Positions 9,859-19,984 of a stretch of 64,000 nucleotides of DNA are shown one piece after another (within the stretch, counting starts at the first letter, position 1; the number at the start of each line of letters is the position of its first letter). The stretch spans positions 566,528 to 630,527 of the forward strand of contig OY782877.1 of assembly GCA_963678445.1 (NCBI GenBank), read 5' to 3'. The notes beneath the pieces were generated by a model, which did no database searches, was not told the DNA's origin, and saw only the letters and a list, made by a program, of their open reading frames with translations. The position numbers and the translations under genes are program-made. The DNA comes from Candidatus Hydrogenedentota bacterium (GTDB lineage: Bacteria; Hydrogenedentota; Hydrogenedentia; Hydrogenedentales; G963678445).

Positions 9859-10842
9859 TCACTCCTCTATAAAGGCCGTCAATTGAACAGCGCTCTGTTC
9901 GCGACGTCTGCCACGAACCGCTTTAAAACGGGGACAGGTCCCCACCTCCACGCTGATCGGTTCCATGCAGGATTGATCCAGCACGATAACATCGCCTTTC
10001 TGTAAGCCCGCCACATCCTGTAACGAAATATTGGTGCGTCCCAAAATGGAATCAATCGGCACCATCGCACGCAACACCGTGCGCATGATTGTTTGCTTCG
10101 TTTCCTCCGCCATTTCATGCGAAGTGCGCCGCATATAATGCGCCTGCTGTGAGATCTGGTCCAGAATCGGGTTGAGCACCATAAGGGGAATACAGAAGTT
10201 AATCGTACCCACCGTCTCGCCAATATGGATCTCATAGCCCACCAACACCACCATTTCGCTGCCCGCCACGATCTGTACAATAAGCGGATCGCTTTCCTGT
10301 TGAATCACGCTCATGTCGAACTCGATCAACTGTTCCCAGGAACGCTTCAAACTACCCAGAATCATCATCACAATACGCTGAATTATACGATTTTCGATCT
10401 CCGTCAATTCACGCGGCTCTGGCAAGGTATGGCCTTTGCCCCCCAAAACGCGATCGACGATGGGGAAAACCATCGAAGGGCTGAGCTCCAACACCGCCGT
10501 ACCTTCCAAAGGCGACATATCCACCACGGAAAGCGCGGTAGGACGCGCTACAGACAGAATGAATTCGTCATAGGTCAACTGGTCAATCGAAGTCAGATCC
10601 ACCCGCACCACGGTGCGCAAATAAGGCGGAAAAAGAATGCTCACTTCACGCGCAAAGGCTTCAAAAAGGCTTTGCAAGCCCTTGAGTTGTTCCTTGGAAA
10701 CCCGCTCTGGTCGGCGAAAGTCATAGGTAATCAGATGCAGTTCCTGCTCCGCCTGCATATCTTCTTCTGAACCGCCAATATCGCCTTCCGATACCGCATT
10801 CAGCAGCAGATCAACTTCATCTTGACTTAGAATATCCGCCAT
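9859..10842 (-). CDS. fliM: flagellar motor switch protein FliM
   Basis: N-terminal MADILSQDEVDLLL (CheY-P binding motif), 327 aa, FliM middle domain and C-terminal SpoA-like domain. Confidence 0.92.
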   Translation of the reverse strand: MADILSQDEVDLLLNAVSEGDIGGSEEDMQAEQELHLITYDFRRPERVSKEQLKGLQSLFEAFAREVSILFPPYLRTVVRVDLTSIDQLTYDEFILSVARPTALSVVDMSPLEGTAVLELSPSMVFPIVDRVLGGKGHTLPEPRELTEIENRIIQRIVMMILGSLKRSWEQLIEFDMSVIQQESDPLIVQIVAGSEMVVLVGYEIHIGETVGTINFCIPLMVLNPILDQISQQAHYMRRTSHEMAEETKQTIMRTVLRAMVPIDSILGRTNISLQDVAGLQKGDVIVLDQSCMEPISVEVGTCPRFKAVRGRRREQSAVQLTAFIEE

Positions 10843-10917
10843 ATTCGGATTTTTGACCCTTTATTCACGCCATGCAAACACTATACCGCATCGCCAGGTA
10901 ATGCAATACGTTCATTA

Positions 10918-11022
10918 GTAACTAAAATCTGAAAAGCTGTCATAAAAAACGAAATTTTTTTACTTTGGTCAGGAACGGTAAGAACCATACCTGTTGCTTG
11001 TGGTCGCTGGACCACTTTAGAT
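10918..11022 (-). repeat. Family-A structured repeat, solitary copy ~75 nt upstream of fliM
   Basis: The reverse complement reads ctaaagtggtccagcgaccacaagcaacaggtatggttcttaccgttcctgaccaaag...tttcagattttagt, a full-length match to the 99-bp unit. Confidence 0.75.
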
Positions 11023-11428
11023 GCAACTATTCACTATTTACAGCGAGTATAACATAGCCCTTTCCGCTTCGCAAGCATATCGAAAGTGGCTAACCCATTT
11101 TGTTTTAAATAGATACGCACGTCTAAAAGGGCGCATCAAAACTTATTTATACAACATGTCAACCTTGAGTAAGGGTGAAACGTTTTCTAGGTGACCTGGG
11201 TGAAACGAAAACGCTTACTCTCCTTTATGTTTCTCCTCTCGTGCGGGGTGTTTTAGGCTTCCCTCCAGCACCCCGCACTCCTAATTCACTGGCAGAATCC
11301 TGAAAAATCTGTCGCAAAAGCGCCGTTTATTCTGTCCAGGCACGGTGCACCTTCTTATAGCGCTAATAGCGTTTCGACACTCTGAAAGCATAGTCGGCAG
11401 GAGCGAAACATCGGCCCTGATATCCATA

Positions 11429-14400
11429 TCAGTCAAGCGCGGCAAGAATAATATTGACAAGCATCTGCAAATCCAAGGCATCGTTCCGCCCATTCTGATT
11501 GCCATCGCCGCGCGGTTGATACACCCCCACGCCCAGTACCGCATTAATCAGCAATTGGCCATCCGCAGCATCCACATCCCCATCGTCATCCAAATCGCCC
11601 CACAGCATGCCCGGTCGATCGAAAAAGAGGTAAGGGTTCGTTCCCGCAATCAACTCCTCCTGATTCGTAAAACCGTCATTATCCGCATCCAGATCAATAG
11701 CATCTACCACGCCATCCCCATCGCTATCTGCCGGCTCCTCCTCATCAGGCGTCCCATTGCCATTCCGATCGGGATCATCCGCATCCAAAACCCCATCCCC
11801 ATCATCATCGGAATCATAATAGTTCACCACCCCATCCATATCCGGGTCCTGTGCCTGATATTCATCTGGAAAGCCATCCCCAAGCGCATCCAGATCCAGA
11901 TTGTTCAGCAGGCCATCATTATCCTGATCCTCGTCCTCATAATCGTTAAGCAAATCCCCATCGCTATCTGTATCCACATACGCCACATCCGACGTCAGAT
12001 ACGCATCCTTGAAATACATCTGCAGCAGATTCAGCGAACGTTTTTCAGGAGTGGGTAACAGCAGGCTTAAGCCTGGTGAAGCAGCAAAACGCGCCCCCGC
12101 CACAAAGGTTTCCTGGCCCATCGCGTCTACCCGCACTACTGAAAAACAATAGGTCTGAGAGGGCACCTCTAAGGAAAACTGAACGCTTCCGAGTGCGCAT
12201 GTGTCACGATAGGCACGCCCCTGCGCATCCGTCAGCACTACCGTACACCCTTCCAACGATTCTGGCAGTTTTCCGAAGACATAAATTAACGAGGCCTCCT
12301 CCTGCTGTTTTGCCCGCTGTGCAAAGGCATACGGATCTGTCCAGAAACTGTAGACCTTCTCCGAATCCTCAGACGACAACGTTGTCCCCATAAATACCGG
12401 TCCCTGCGGTCCCGAAGTCGTATGCGGCGTCGCATAATCCGACGAATCAGGCAACAACGTTGCCTGTCCCCAATGCCCCGCATAGCGCAACCACATCGGC
12501 GCATCCACCTCGTGCAAACGCGCTAACGGAGACAATCGCAATGACGCCACAGGCACATAATCCGTCTCCACCAGCACGGTATCTTCGAGCGTCGGCAGCA
12601 GCCATTCCCCCAGCCCACTATGCAATTCCAGACCGGTGTCGTAACGTGTTGCACCCGCCTGCAAATACAACGAATGTCCATCTTCGCCCGCATAGACTAT
12701 CGGGTGCGTATCGTCCATACACCGCGCCCCATCCCAGTCCTGCGAGGTCGTCCCCGACAACGGCAAATCCTGTGCAAGTCGCCACTGCTGCGAAGTCGTC
12801 ACCCGATACGGCGTCAAAGTTTCATCCAGCAAGACCTGCACCACCTCCCAATCCCCCTCGTGACGATGTCCGCCATACTGACGCTCCCCCCATTCGTCTG
12901 CATAGAAATGCAGGAAATACTGCAGCGCCACATGATCTTCCGGCACATCCGCTTCCGCGGAAATCTCACCCAACGGCGTCACCGTATAATAGGCGACCGC
13001 CTCCGGTTGCGGATCAAGCTGCGTATACGCAGCCTGCCATGTCGCCACCGTGTCCCCCTCAAAATCCAATTGGGCCTCTTGTTGCGGCGCCTGATATAGA
13101 TTCAGCGTCGTTGGCGCCACCGGTAGATAGGCCGTATTACCTGCATCAAAGCGTGCCGTAGAAAGCATCGTCTCAACCGCCATGGGACGATAGACGTTCC
13201 TCTCCGGCATCCGCAACACCGGCGCATAGCGTGCCGCCAAATCTGCCGGGGAGACATCTTCCGAGCCCGTTCCCGTCGCATGCGGGTCCATCACCAACAC
13301 CGCCGTCAACGTATTCAGTCGCTCTTGCCCTTGCCACAACTGAAACGCGCAGGGGGCATGTGTGGTCGCTGCCGTTAACACGGTGGGCGGCGTCACCTCA
13401 AGCGTAAACGCATGACATCCCGCTGCCAGAGTCCGTGTCGCATCCCCCTCCGTCAACAACGCCATCCAGCCTTGCGGCGCATTCCAATTCCCCCCTTCAC
13501 CCGGATTTAGCATCAACTGATACGTGCCCGCCTCCGCCACATACACCCACACCGTCAACACCCCCATCTCCCCTGCACGCCACGAATCATAGTCAAAACG
13601 GAACAGCCCACTCTTCGGTTTTGAGGTTGCCTCCGTCGGCGACGAACCTAAAAACCACTCCGCACCATCCACAGCACCATCGCCATCCGTATCCGCCTCA
13701 TTCGGACTCGTCTCGCCCGCATCCAACACGCCATCCCGATTTCGATCCTCCTGAATATCCCACAAGCCATCGCCATCCGTATCCACCTGCTTCGGATGCG
13801 TCCCCATCACCAACTCCTCCGTATTCGTCAACCCATCCCCATCCGGATCGCCCTCTCCCCCATTCTCCCCCGACGCATCCAACGGGTCCAGCCCATACAT
13901 AATCTCCCAATCATTCGGCAGCCCGTCCCCATCCTCATCCTGTGCATTCGCTGTAATCCGCATCGCATAGACCTGCGTCGGATATGTCGCCGCCATCCAC
14001 ACCGCAAAAAATTCTTGCTTTTGGCTATTCACCGCCAACTGCGGCATCTGCTGCACCGCCAAGACATCCGGAAACGGTGTTGCCTCCTCCAGAGAATAGC
14101 CACCCTCCGTCATACGCTGCCCCAGAATGGGGGCTTGCCCCACCTGCGACCAGGCCAACATATACTGCGCTCCTGAATCAAGATACGCCAACGCCAAACC
14201 TCGATCATCCGGCACTGTCGTCACAGTACGCACCACCGGCGTTCCCGACAAATCCGTCCCTATCCGTCCCCATTGAAGCGTCTGCCCAGCTTTCGAGTCC
14301 GATTGCGTCAACCATAACAGCACGCACTGTTCTCCATCGCAGGCAATACGCGAAGAAAACGCAGGCGCACTCGTCGAACTCAACACCTGCATTTCCCCCA

Positions 14401-16927
14401 CCGGCTCCCCAGTCGTCGCATCCACACGCTGCGCTACAATCGCCGGCACCTCCGCAGGGTCTTCCCCCTCACTCAGGCCCGACAACACATCGCACATTTC
14501 CGTCCAACTCACCACATAGGTGCTACTGCCCGGCACCACCGCCAAATCCGGCTCCGAAGGTTCCTGCAATTCCGTAGACAACTGTACGATAGACTTCTGC
14601 TCACGCGTCACCGAATCAAAACGCGCCAAATGCACCGCAGAATCTTCCGTCCCAACACGGTGATAAACCAGCGCAATCTCCAACGCTTCCGGGTGATACA
14701 CCGCCTCAAAATCCTCCAGACTGTCCCGCCCTCCCAAAAGTCCGAAAACATTACTGATTTCAAGCGTATGCAGGTCAATACGACGTGCCTGGATGTACCA
14801 CGGCTCCGTATCTTCCACCTGCTGCTGCCAAATCACCCAGGCCGCTCCCGCAGCCTCATCCACCACCACCCGGGGACGACTCGGCGTTCCCTGCGCCGAA
14901 AGCGACAGCTTCCTCGCCTCCAACACCGGCGTCGCCGTTTCATCCAGCACCATCACATACACCCCATCCGGCGAGCCCTCTTCGATCCAGGCCACCGTAT
15001 AACGATGCCGCGCAGCAGACCAGGCCGCATGCGGCATTGTCTGTCCCTTCTCCCCTGAATGCAGCAAAAATGCTTGCCCCGGATCACGTCGTGCAGCCAC
15101 CTCTACCCCCACTGACACCGTCAACGGTTGCACCGCCGTATCCTGAGCCGTCACCGTCACTGTTGCTGCGTACGGACTTTCCGACGCCAACAACCCGCTA
15201 CTATCCACCGCCACCGTCAACGTCGCCTCATTCTTCCCCGACGCCGGCGACACCGTCAACCAATCCACACTCGACTGCGCCGTCCATTCAAAGGGAATAC
15301 TATTGGTGCACGTCAATGCAACACCTTGCGACTCCGGCAAAGAACCGCCCTCCACCGCAAAAAAATCCAAACTATCCGGCGTCACCGCCAACACCGCCAC
15401 CTCCTGATTCACGGTTATCGTCAACGTTATCGGTGACACCGCTTGCATATACGGCGCATCTACCGTTAATTGGCCCACATAGGGACTCCCCGATGCGGTA
15501 AAGCTGCTATTGTCCACCTGCACCGTCAATTCCGCATCCCCCGAACCTGACAACGGCGACACCGTCAACCACGACACATTGCTACTCACCGACCAATCAA
15601 AAAAGGGAAACGATTCATCCCCATCCACCCCCACCGAATCCAAAGTCAACGTCAACGCAGCCGGTGTTTCTCCCCCCTCCGTCAACGTCAACGCCGTCTC
15701 ACTCAACGTAGCCGTAAAAAGATTATCCGCCTCCAACGGATTCGGGTCATCCCCATCCAGCAGCCCATCATCATCCGAATCCGGGTCCGTCGGTGACGTT
15801 CCCAACGCCTCCTCCTCCGCATCCGTCAGCCCATCCCCATCCGAATCCACCTCCGAAGCCGACCCGCCCCCCACACGCAACCAACACTGCAATACCGCAT
15901 CCTCCGTCCCATCGCCTCCAGAAACCACTACCACATCCCCCTGCGCCCCCAACGTACCTGTACAGCCCGTCAACTTCGACTGAAACGAAAATACCCCCGT
16001 CGGATACAACGAAATGCGATCCTTAAACGTTTCCCCATCCAACGTTCCCTCGAATACCCCACTTCCCCCCGCACGCACCTGCCCCACCCGCGTCACAATC
16101 GCGCCATCCGTTCCCCGCCGCAACTCATGCACCCGATACGTCCCCGAGAACATATCCAACGTCACCGGATTAGCCGTCGTACCCCGACGCACATACAACG
16201 CCAGCCCCTTGTACCCACTCAGATACAACGGGTCCAGACGCGCATTCATCGACACCGTCTGCAGCAACACATCCCCCTCCAACACAATCCCTGCACCCGT
16301 CGCCGCCGCAGTCCCCATACGCACCGTACCCGTCTTTGCCACCGTATACGGAAAACCCCACGCCTGCGTCCCCTCACGAAACCACGTATACCGCCCTGCA
16401 CCATCCGCCGCCACCGCGCCAAACATCGTCCACCAATCCGTATCATGATAAACCAAGGCGTGATAACTATAATCCCCCCTGAAATCCTGATTCTTGTAGG
16501 CCGTACCCCGCTGCAGGAAAAAACGCAACGCCCCAAAGCCCTCCTTCACCTGCGGATGTTCATACGCCTCATAATACGGGCAATACACCGCCAACGCCCC
16601 ACTATTCAGCGTCGCCCCCACCGCCCCCGCATCCACACTGTCGTTATACAGACGCAACACCCCGCCCCCCGAAACCGAATACGTCAACGGCGACAACGAA
16701 GCATACGTCACCAACGACGTCAACCGCCCCTCGCCATCAAACGAACGTAGCCCCGTCGCCGTCGCCCCCTCCCCATCCAGACGCATAAACACCCCATGCG
16801 CCCCATACTCCCCCTCCAACGTCGCATTAGAAAACGCCTCCGCCGACACCTTTTCTGTTCCTCCCCAAAAAACACAAAACAACAGAAGGAAACATACAAC
16901 GCAACCGCGCTTTCGAATCAGATTCAT
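11429..16927 (-). CDS. giant secreted multidomain protein, 1832 aa: TSP3-type Ca-binding repeats, two BACON-like domains, a Vps62/DUF946-like domain and a C-terminal dockerin
   Basis: Signal peptide (..FWGGTEKVSA/EA). DxDGDGL/DTDGDG repeats in three blocks. Two ..W(L)TVSP.SG...LTV.VD.. modules. ..YFLHFYADEWGERQYGGHRHEGDWEVV.. (Vps62-like HxGDWE). C-terminal GDLDDDGDVDAADGQLL..GDGNQNGRNDALDLQML (type-I dockerin duplicate). Confidence 0.8.
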   Translation of the reverse strand: MNLIRKRGCVVCFLLLFCVFWGGTEKVSAEAFSNATLEGEYGAHGVFMRLDGEGATATGLRSFDGEGRLTSLVTYASLSPLTYSVSGGGVLRLYNDSVDAGAVGATLNSGALAVYCPYYEAYEHPQVKEGFGALRFFLQRGTAYKNQDFRGDYSYHALVYHDTDWWTMFGAVAADGAGRYTWFREGTQAWGFPYTVAKTGTVRMGTAAATGAGIVLEGDVLLQTVSMNARLDPLYLSGYKGLALYVRRGTTANPVTLDMFSGTYRVHELRRGTDGAIVTRVGQVRAGGSGVFEGTLDGETFKDRISLYPTGVFSFQSKLTGCTGTLGAQGDVVVVSGGDGTEDAVLQCWLRVGGGSASEVDSDGDGLTDAEEEALGTSPTDPDSDDDGLLDGDDPNPLEADNLFTATLSETALTLTEGGETPAALTLTLDSVGVDGDESFPFFDWSVSSNVSWLTVSPLSGSGDAELTVQVDNSSFTASGSPYVGQLTVDAPYMQAVSPITLTITVNQEVAVLAVTPDSLDFFAVEGGSLPESQGVALTCTNSIPFEWTAQSSVDWLTVSPASGKNEATLTVAVDSSGLLASESPYAATVTVTAQDTAVQPLTVSVGVEVAARRDPGQAFLLHSGEKGQTMPHAAWSAARHRYTVAWIEEGSPDGVYVMVLDETATPVLEARKLSLSAQGTPSRPRVVVDEAAGAAWVIWQQQVEDTEPWYIQARRIDLHTLEISNVFGLLGGRDSLEDFEAVYHPEALEIALVYHRVGTEDSAVHLARFDSVTREQKSIVQLSTELQEPSEPDLAVVPGSSTYVVSWTEMCDVLSGLSEGEDPAEVPAIVAQRVDATTGEPVGEMQVLSSTSAPAFSSRIACDGEQCVLLWLTQSDSKAGQTLQWGRIGTDLSGTPVVRTVTTVPDDRGLALAYLDSGAQYMLAWSQVGQAPILGQRMTEGGYSLEEATPFPDVLAVQQMPQLAVNSQKQEFFAVWMAATYPTQVYAMRITANAQDEDGDGLPNDWEIMYGLDPLDASGENGGEGDPDGDGLTNTEELVMGTHPKQVDTDGDGLWDIQEDRNRDGVLDAGETSPNEADTDGDGAVDGAEWFLGSSPTEATSKPKSGLFRFDYDSWRAGEMGVLTVWVYVAEAGTYQLMLNPGEGGNWNAPQGWMALLTEGDATRTLAAGCHAFTLEVTPPTVLTAATTHAPCAFQLWQGQERLNTLTAVLVMDPHATGTGSEDVSPADLAARYAPVLRMPERNVYRPMAVETMLSTARFDAGNTAYLPVAPTTLNLYQAPQQEAQLDFEGDTVATWQAAYTQLDPQPEAVAYYTVTPLGEISAEADVPEDHVALQYFLHFYADEWGERQYGGHRHEGDWEVVQVLLDETLTPYRVTTSQQWRLAQDLPLSGTTSQDWDGARCMDDTHPIVYAGEDGHSLYLQAGATRYDTGLELHSGLGEWLLPTLEDTVLVETDYVPVASLRLSPLARLHEVDAPMWLRYAGHWGQATLLPDSSDYATPHTTSGPQGPVFMGTTLSSEDSEKVYSFWTDPYAFAQRAKQQEEASLIYVFGKLPESLEGCTVVLTDAQGRAYRDTCALGSVQFSLEVPSQTYCFSVVRVDAMGQETFVAGARFAASPGLSLLLPTPEKRSLNLLQMYFKDAYLTSDVAYVDTDSDGDLLNDYEDEDQDNDGLLNNLDLDALGDGFPDEYQAQDPDMDGVVNYYDSDDDGDGVLDADDPDRNGNGTPDEEEPADSDGDGVVDAIDLDADNDGFTNQEELIAGTNPYLFFDRPGMLWGDLDDDGDVDAADGQLLINAVLGVGVYQPRGDGNQNGRNDALDLQMLVNIILAALD

Positions 16928-17158
16928 GCTACATAGCTCCTGGAAAAGAACAACGAGAACCAGACGCCCCGCTCATACTAAAAACAGGGATTAGCTACCT
17001 CTCTCAGCTTTAAAAAACACCGCTTACTATACGCCGCGGCCCAAAAAACGTTTCCTGAACCGCCCAAAACAGCGCCCCATACCACCAACCCCATCCATAC
17101 TAGCGGCTCAAGACAGCATTGTACAGCTATGCACCTACCCAAAAAAAAAAAGCGCTTC

Positions 17159-17593
17159 CTACCCCTCCTGCACCGCCAGCTTTTCATCCCGCAGCCGCGC
17201 CTTCCGCATCAACCATAGATGCCGCGCAATCACAAGGATTGAAAGCAGATACAATCCACTCAGTATCAGTCCAAAAACAAAAGACGACCAATTCGGATCC
17301 CAAACGCCTTCATCATAAAGATCATTATGCGCTATCCCTACCAAAACGTAAGTAAAACAACTTAATGCAAACAACCCTAGCCGCTTCCCATTTCGGATTA
17401 CATACACTGATAAAGACACAAAAAAGAAAACCGCGACAACAACGCCAACAAAAAACAAAGAATCCTGATTAGCGACATCAGACAAAACCATAGGTAAAAC
17501 AGGACCAAGCATTACTATCCACAAACCCGCTACAGTATAGGCGAGAACCTTTCGTGAACGACAAAGGGATTCGATTTTGCTATCCAGTTCCAT
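17159..17593 (-). CDS. small multi-pass membrane protein, 144 aa, copy 1 of a window-internal paralog family
   Basis: Four predicted hydrophobic helices. Clearly homologous over its full length to 28639..29073, with gene fragments at 25088..25206. Confidence 0.65.
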   Translation of the reverse strand: MELDSKIESLCRSRKVLAYTVAGLWIVMLGPVLPMVLSDVANQDSLFFVGVVVAVFFFVSLSVYVIRNGKRLGLFALSCFTYVLVGIAHNDLYDEGVWDPNWSSFVFGLILSGLYLLSILVIARHLWLMRKARLRDEKLAVQEG

Positions 17594-17648
17594 TCTTTTT
17601 CCTCGTCACTTTAAAAACTAAGGCCACGCTCTAACCATAGCAGGAAAC

Positions 17649-17693
17649 CCACCCTCATTCCCACGGAAGACAAGCGGTCTAAAAAGCTTGCAG
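17649..17693. repeat. Family-B palindromic repeat head fused to a remnant of the IS left end
   Basis: ccaccctcattcccacggaaga|caagcggtctaaaaagcttgcag parallels ccaccctcgttcccacgg... and cattcccacggagga|cagagtgtctaaaaagttttttcatgcag at 26891-26935. Confidence 0.4.
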
Positions 17694-18432
17694 ATACGTA
17701 TTTTTGGTCTACTTCGAAGTCCACCTAAGCCGAGTTCCTTTAAGCGGCTATGTGTCTCAACGACTTTCTCTCCTGCGTAAAAGCCTGGATTTACCCCCGT
17801 TCCGTTGGTGAAGATGGCTATAGGTCATCGTGAGATTTTCCTTTCGGTGTTTTTTGTTTCGGGAAAATTCAAAGATACCGAAAAGAAGACCACGTGTCCG
17901 CCTTTTATTTCCTTTCGCTCAAAACCCACCCACAGAAAAGGGTTTCGAAAACGCCCCTTAGCAAAACGTTGCACTTAGAATATGAATCCGGGGGCAGTCG
18001 CCCCGATTATTTTAAATGGCACCACGCCATGTAGTTTTGATATCCTGTTTCGACAGCGTCGGAACCGTTTTTTTTGTGTCTGGTTGCAGCGGCGGGCTGG
18101 GCACGGAAGGAGAAGAGGCGCGGGAAAAGGGTGATAATTGTAATCTCCCAACGGTCTTTGGAGGAAAAATAGATATAGCGTCCCCCGGAATCCCCTCTGG
18201 AATTTTGCTGCGCTGCTCTCGACTCGTGACAGAACCGGGACGGATGGATTTCAACGGGGAAGAACACATGACGCAAGATATAAGGTAACTCAGGCGTGCA
18301 TGGTATCTTCACAACGCCGGATTAATGTTGCTATTTCAAATTTGTGTTGGACTTCTTTGTCTCTTCCATTTTTGCCAACACAATAGACAAACAAAGTGCT
18401 GTCTGCCAGCCCAAACGGCAGGCAACTCAATG

Positions 18433-18835
18433 CACTAAAGGTGGCCAGGGCCACACCCGGGAAATATGGTCCTTACCATCCCTGACCACAGTATAATTTC
18501 GTTTTGTATGGCAACTTTTCAGATTTGAGTCACTAAAGTGGTCCAGGGACCACAACCAAAATATATGGTCCTTGCCGTGCGTGACCACCGCAAAATTTCG
18601 TTTTGTATGGCAACTTTTCAGATTTGAGTCACTAAAGCGGTCCAGCGACCGCAAGCAATAGGTATGGTCCTTACCATCCCTGACCACAGTAAAACTTCGT
18701 TTTGTATGGCAACTTTTCAGATTTGAGTCACTAAAGCGGTCCAGCGACCGCAAGCAATAGGTATGGTCCTTACCATCCCTGACCACAGTAAAACTTCGTT
18801 TTGTATGGCAACTTTTCAGATTTGAGTCACTAAAA
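18433..18835 (+). repeat. tandem array of four ~99-bp Family-A structured repeats
   Basis: Unit starts (cactaaag) at 18433, 18531, 18630 and 18729, with a fifth partial start at 18828. Units 3 and 4 are identical. Units 1 and 2 differ mainly by paired changes in the hairpin arms. Confidence 0.9.
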
Positions 18836-18949
18836 AAACCGGGGTTCTCGCTACGACATTCGCGTTGACCGGTATCAAGGCTCAGCGGAAGAAGGTAGCC
18901 CTGTAGCCCTGTATGCGTAGCGCGAAAGCCAGAAAAGGAGACACGGTTC

Positions 18950-19909
18950 ATGTTGCATAGAAAAGGATTCACGCTCATCGAATTACTGGTGGTGATCGCC
19001 ATTATTGGCATTCTTGCCGCCATCTTGTTGCCTGCGCTGGCGCGGGCGCGCGAGGCTGCTCGCCGGGGCTCGTGCCAGAACAACCTCAAGCAGTTCGGGC
19101 TTGTTTTCAAGATGTACGCCGGCGAACATAGAGGGCAGTTCCCGCCTTGTGCACCGTTTGGGGATGGATTCAAGAATGGGGTAACTATCTTTAGCGCACC
19201 CTCTGCAGTGACAATCTATCCGGAATACTTGACCGACTTGGATGTTGCGCTTTGTCCGTCGGACACGCAGTCCGGTAGCGGCGGAACTCACATCGTCTGG
19301 CGCCTGCCGAAGACCGGCGATTTCGAATCTTGGGTAGCTGACGCCCGGACTGCTGATGATCCTGTGTCGTTGAACTATTTTCTGAGCGCGCAACTCGGTC
19401 GGTCCTATGTATATAAAGGGTACATTTCGACATGCATTGCTGAGCACTGGGGCATCTGGGGAGGAATGGGCGCACTTCCGTACAAGGAAGAGGTGGATAT
19501 CCTTGAGATTGATGCGACGATACGCCTCAAAGATTTCTCGAACAACCTGGAACTCGATGCGGGAGTCTGGCCTGCACCTATAATCGACCGTGCTACAGCA
19601 ACGGGAACAGGCGGTGGCGCCATTGTTTATCGCTTAGCGGAAGGCATTGAGAGATTCCTGATCACCGACATTAACAATCCCGGCGCAAATGCCCGATCAC
19701 AGAGTTCTATCGCTATCATGTACGACACCTTCGGAAGTTTCGCGGACCTGGATGCCACTGCGGGTGGAGCCATCTTCAACCATATTCCTGGAGGCTGCAA
19801 CATCCTGTACATGGATGGTCATGTTGAATTCATGAGATACCCCGGCGAGTACCCCATCGTTGATGATCCGAAAGTCCTGCGGGATAACGGTCACTTCGGG
19901 CTCTACTAA
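18950..19909 (+). CDS. DUF1559-type protein with a prepilin-type N-terminal cleavage/methylation domain (pseudopilin-like, H-X9-DG-like C-terminus)
   Basis: N-terminus [48 protein letters not shown]-terminal ..[18 protein letters not shown]. Confidence 0.85.
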   Translation: MLHRKGFTLIELLVVIAIIGILAAILLPALARAREAARRGSCQNNLKQFGLVFKMYAGEHRGQFPPCAPFGDGFKNGVTIFSAPSAVTIYPEYLTDLDVALCPSDTQSGSGGTHIVWRLPKTGDFESWVADARTADDPVSLNYFLSAQLGRSYVYKGYISTCIAEHWGIWGGMGALPYKEEVDILEIDATIRLKDFSNNLELDAGVWPAPIIDRATATGTGGGAIVYRLAEGIERFLITDINNPGANARSQSSIAIMYDTFGSFADLDATAGGAIFNHIPGGCNILYMDGHVEFMRYPGEYPIVDDPKVLRDNGHFGLY

Positions 19910-19984
19910 TTCTTGGAGAAATGAAACTATAGGCTGCGCACAGGACGCGGCCACTTGCCTAATTGGTTATAGAAAAAGGATAAG

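Noticed and set aside
11241-11278. Perfect 10-bp inverted repeat gtgcggggtg / caccccgcac, 150 nt downstream of the giant gene, considered as its terminator.
   Set aside because: No T-run follows the stem on either strand. It is kept only as an unexplained hairpin.
11345-16750. Many long plus-strand ORFs inside the giant gene (for example 11345-12058, 12460-13161, 14785-15501, 16127-16750), P/H/R-rich.
   Set aside because: They are antisense shadow ORFs of the 5.5-kb minus-strand gene. They are low-complexity, mutually overlapping and show no recognisable domains.
18040-18300. Cobalamin riboswitch upstream of the CobN-like cluster. The string gcgggaaaagggtgataat vaguely resembles the GGGAA..GGTG.AA core.
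   Set aside because: The downstream conserved elements (..CC...GC.G..CCCGC..CTGT and a B12 box ..AGNCMGG.AGACCTGCC) are not present on either strand. It is separated from the first gene by the repeat array. It needs a covariance-model scan before any claim.
18433-18835. Possible CRISPR array.
   Set aside because: The ~99-bp units abut each other directly with no unique spacers. No cas genes are nearby. The same unit occurs singly elsewhere in the window.
18427-19173. 248-aa minus-strand ORF with internally repeated peptide segments.
   Set aside because: It simply translates through the four 99-bp tandem repeats and then runs antisense into the DUF1559 gene start. It is an artefact of the repeat.
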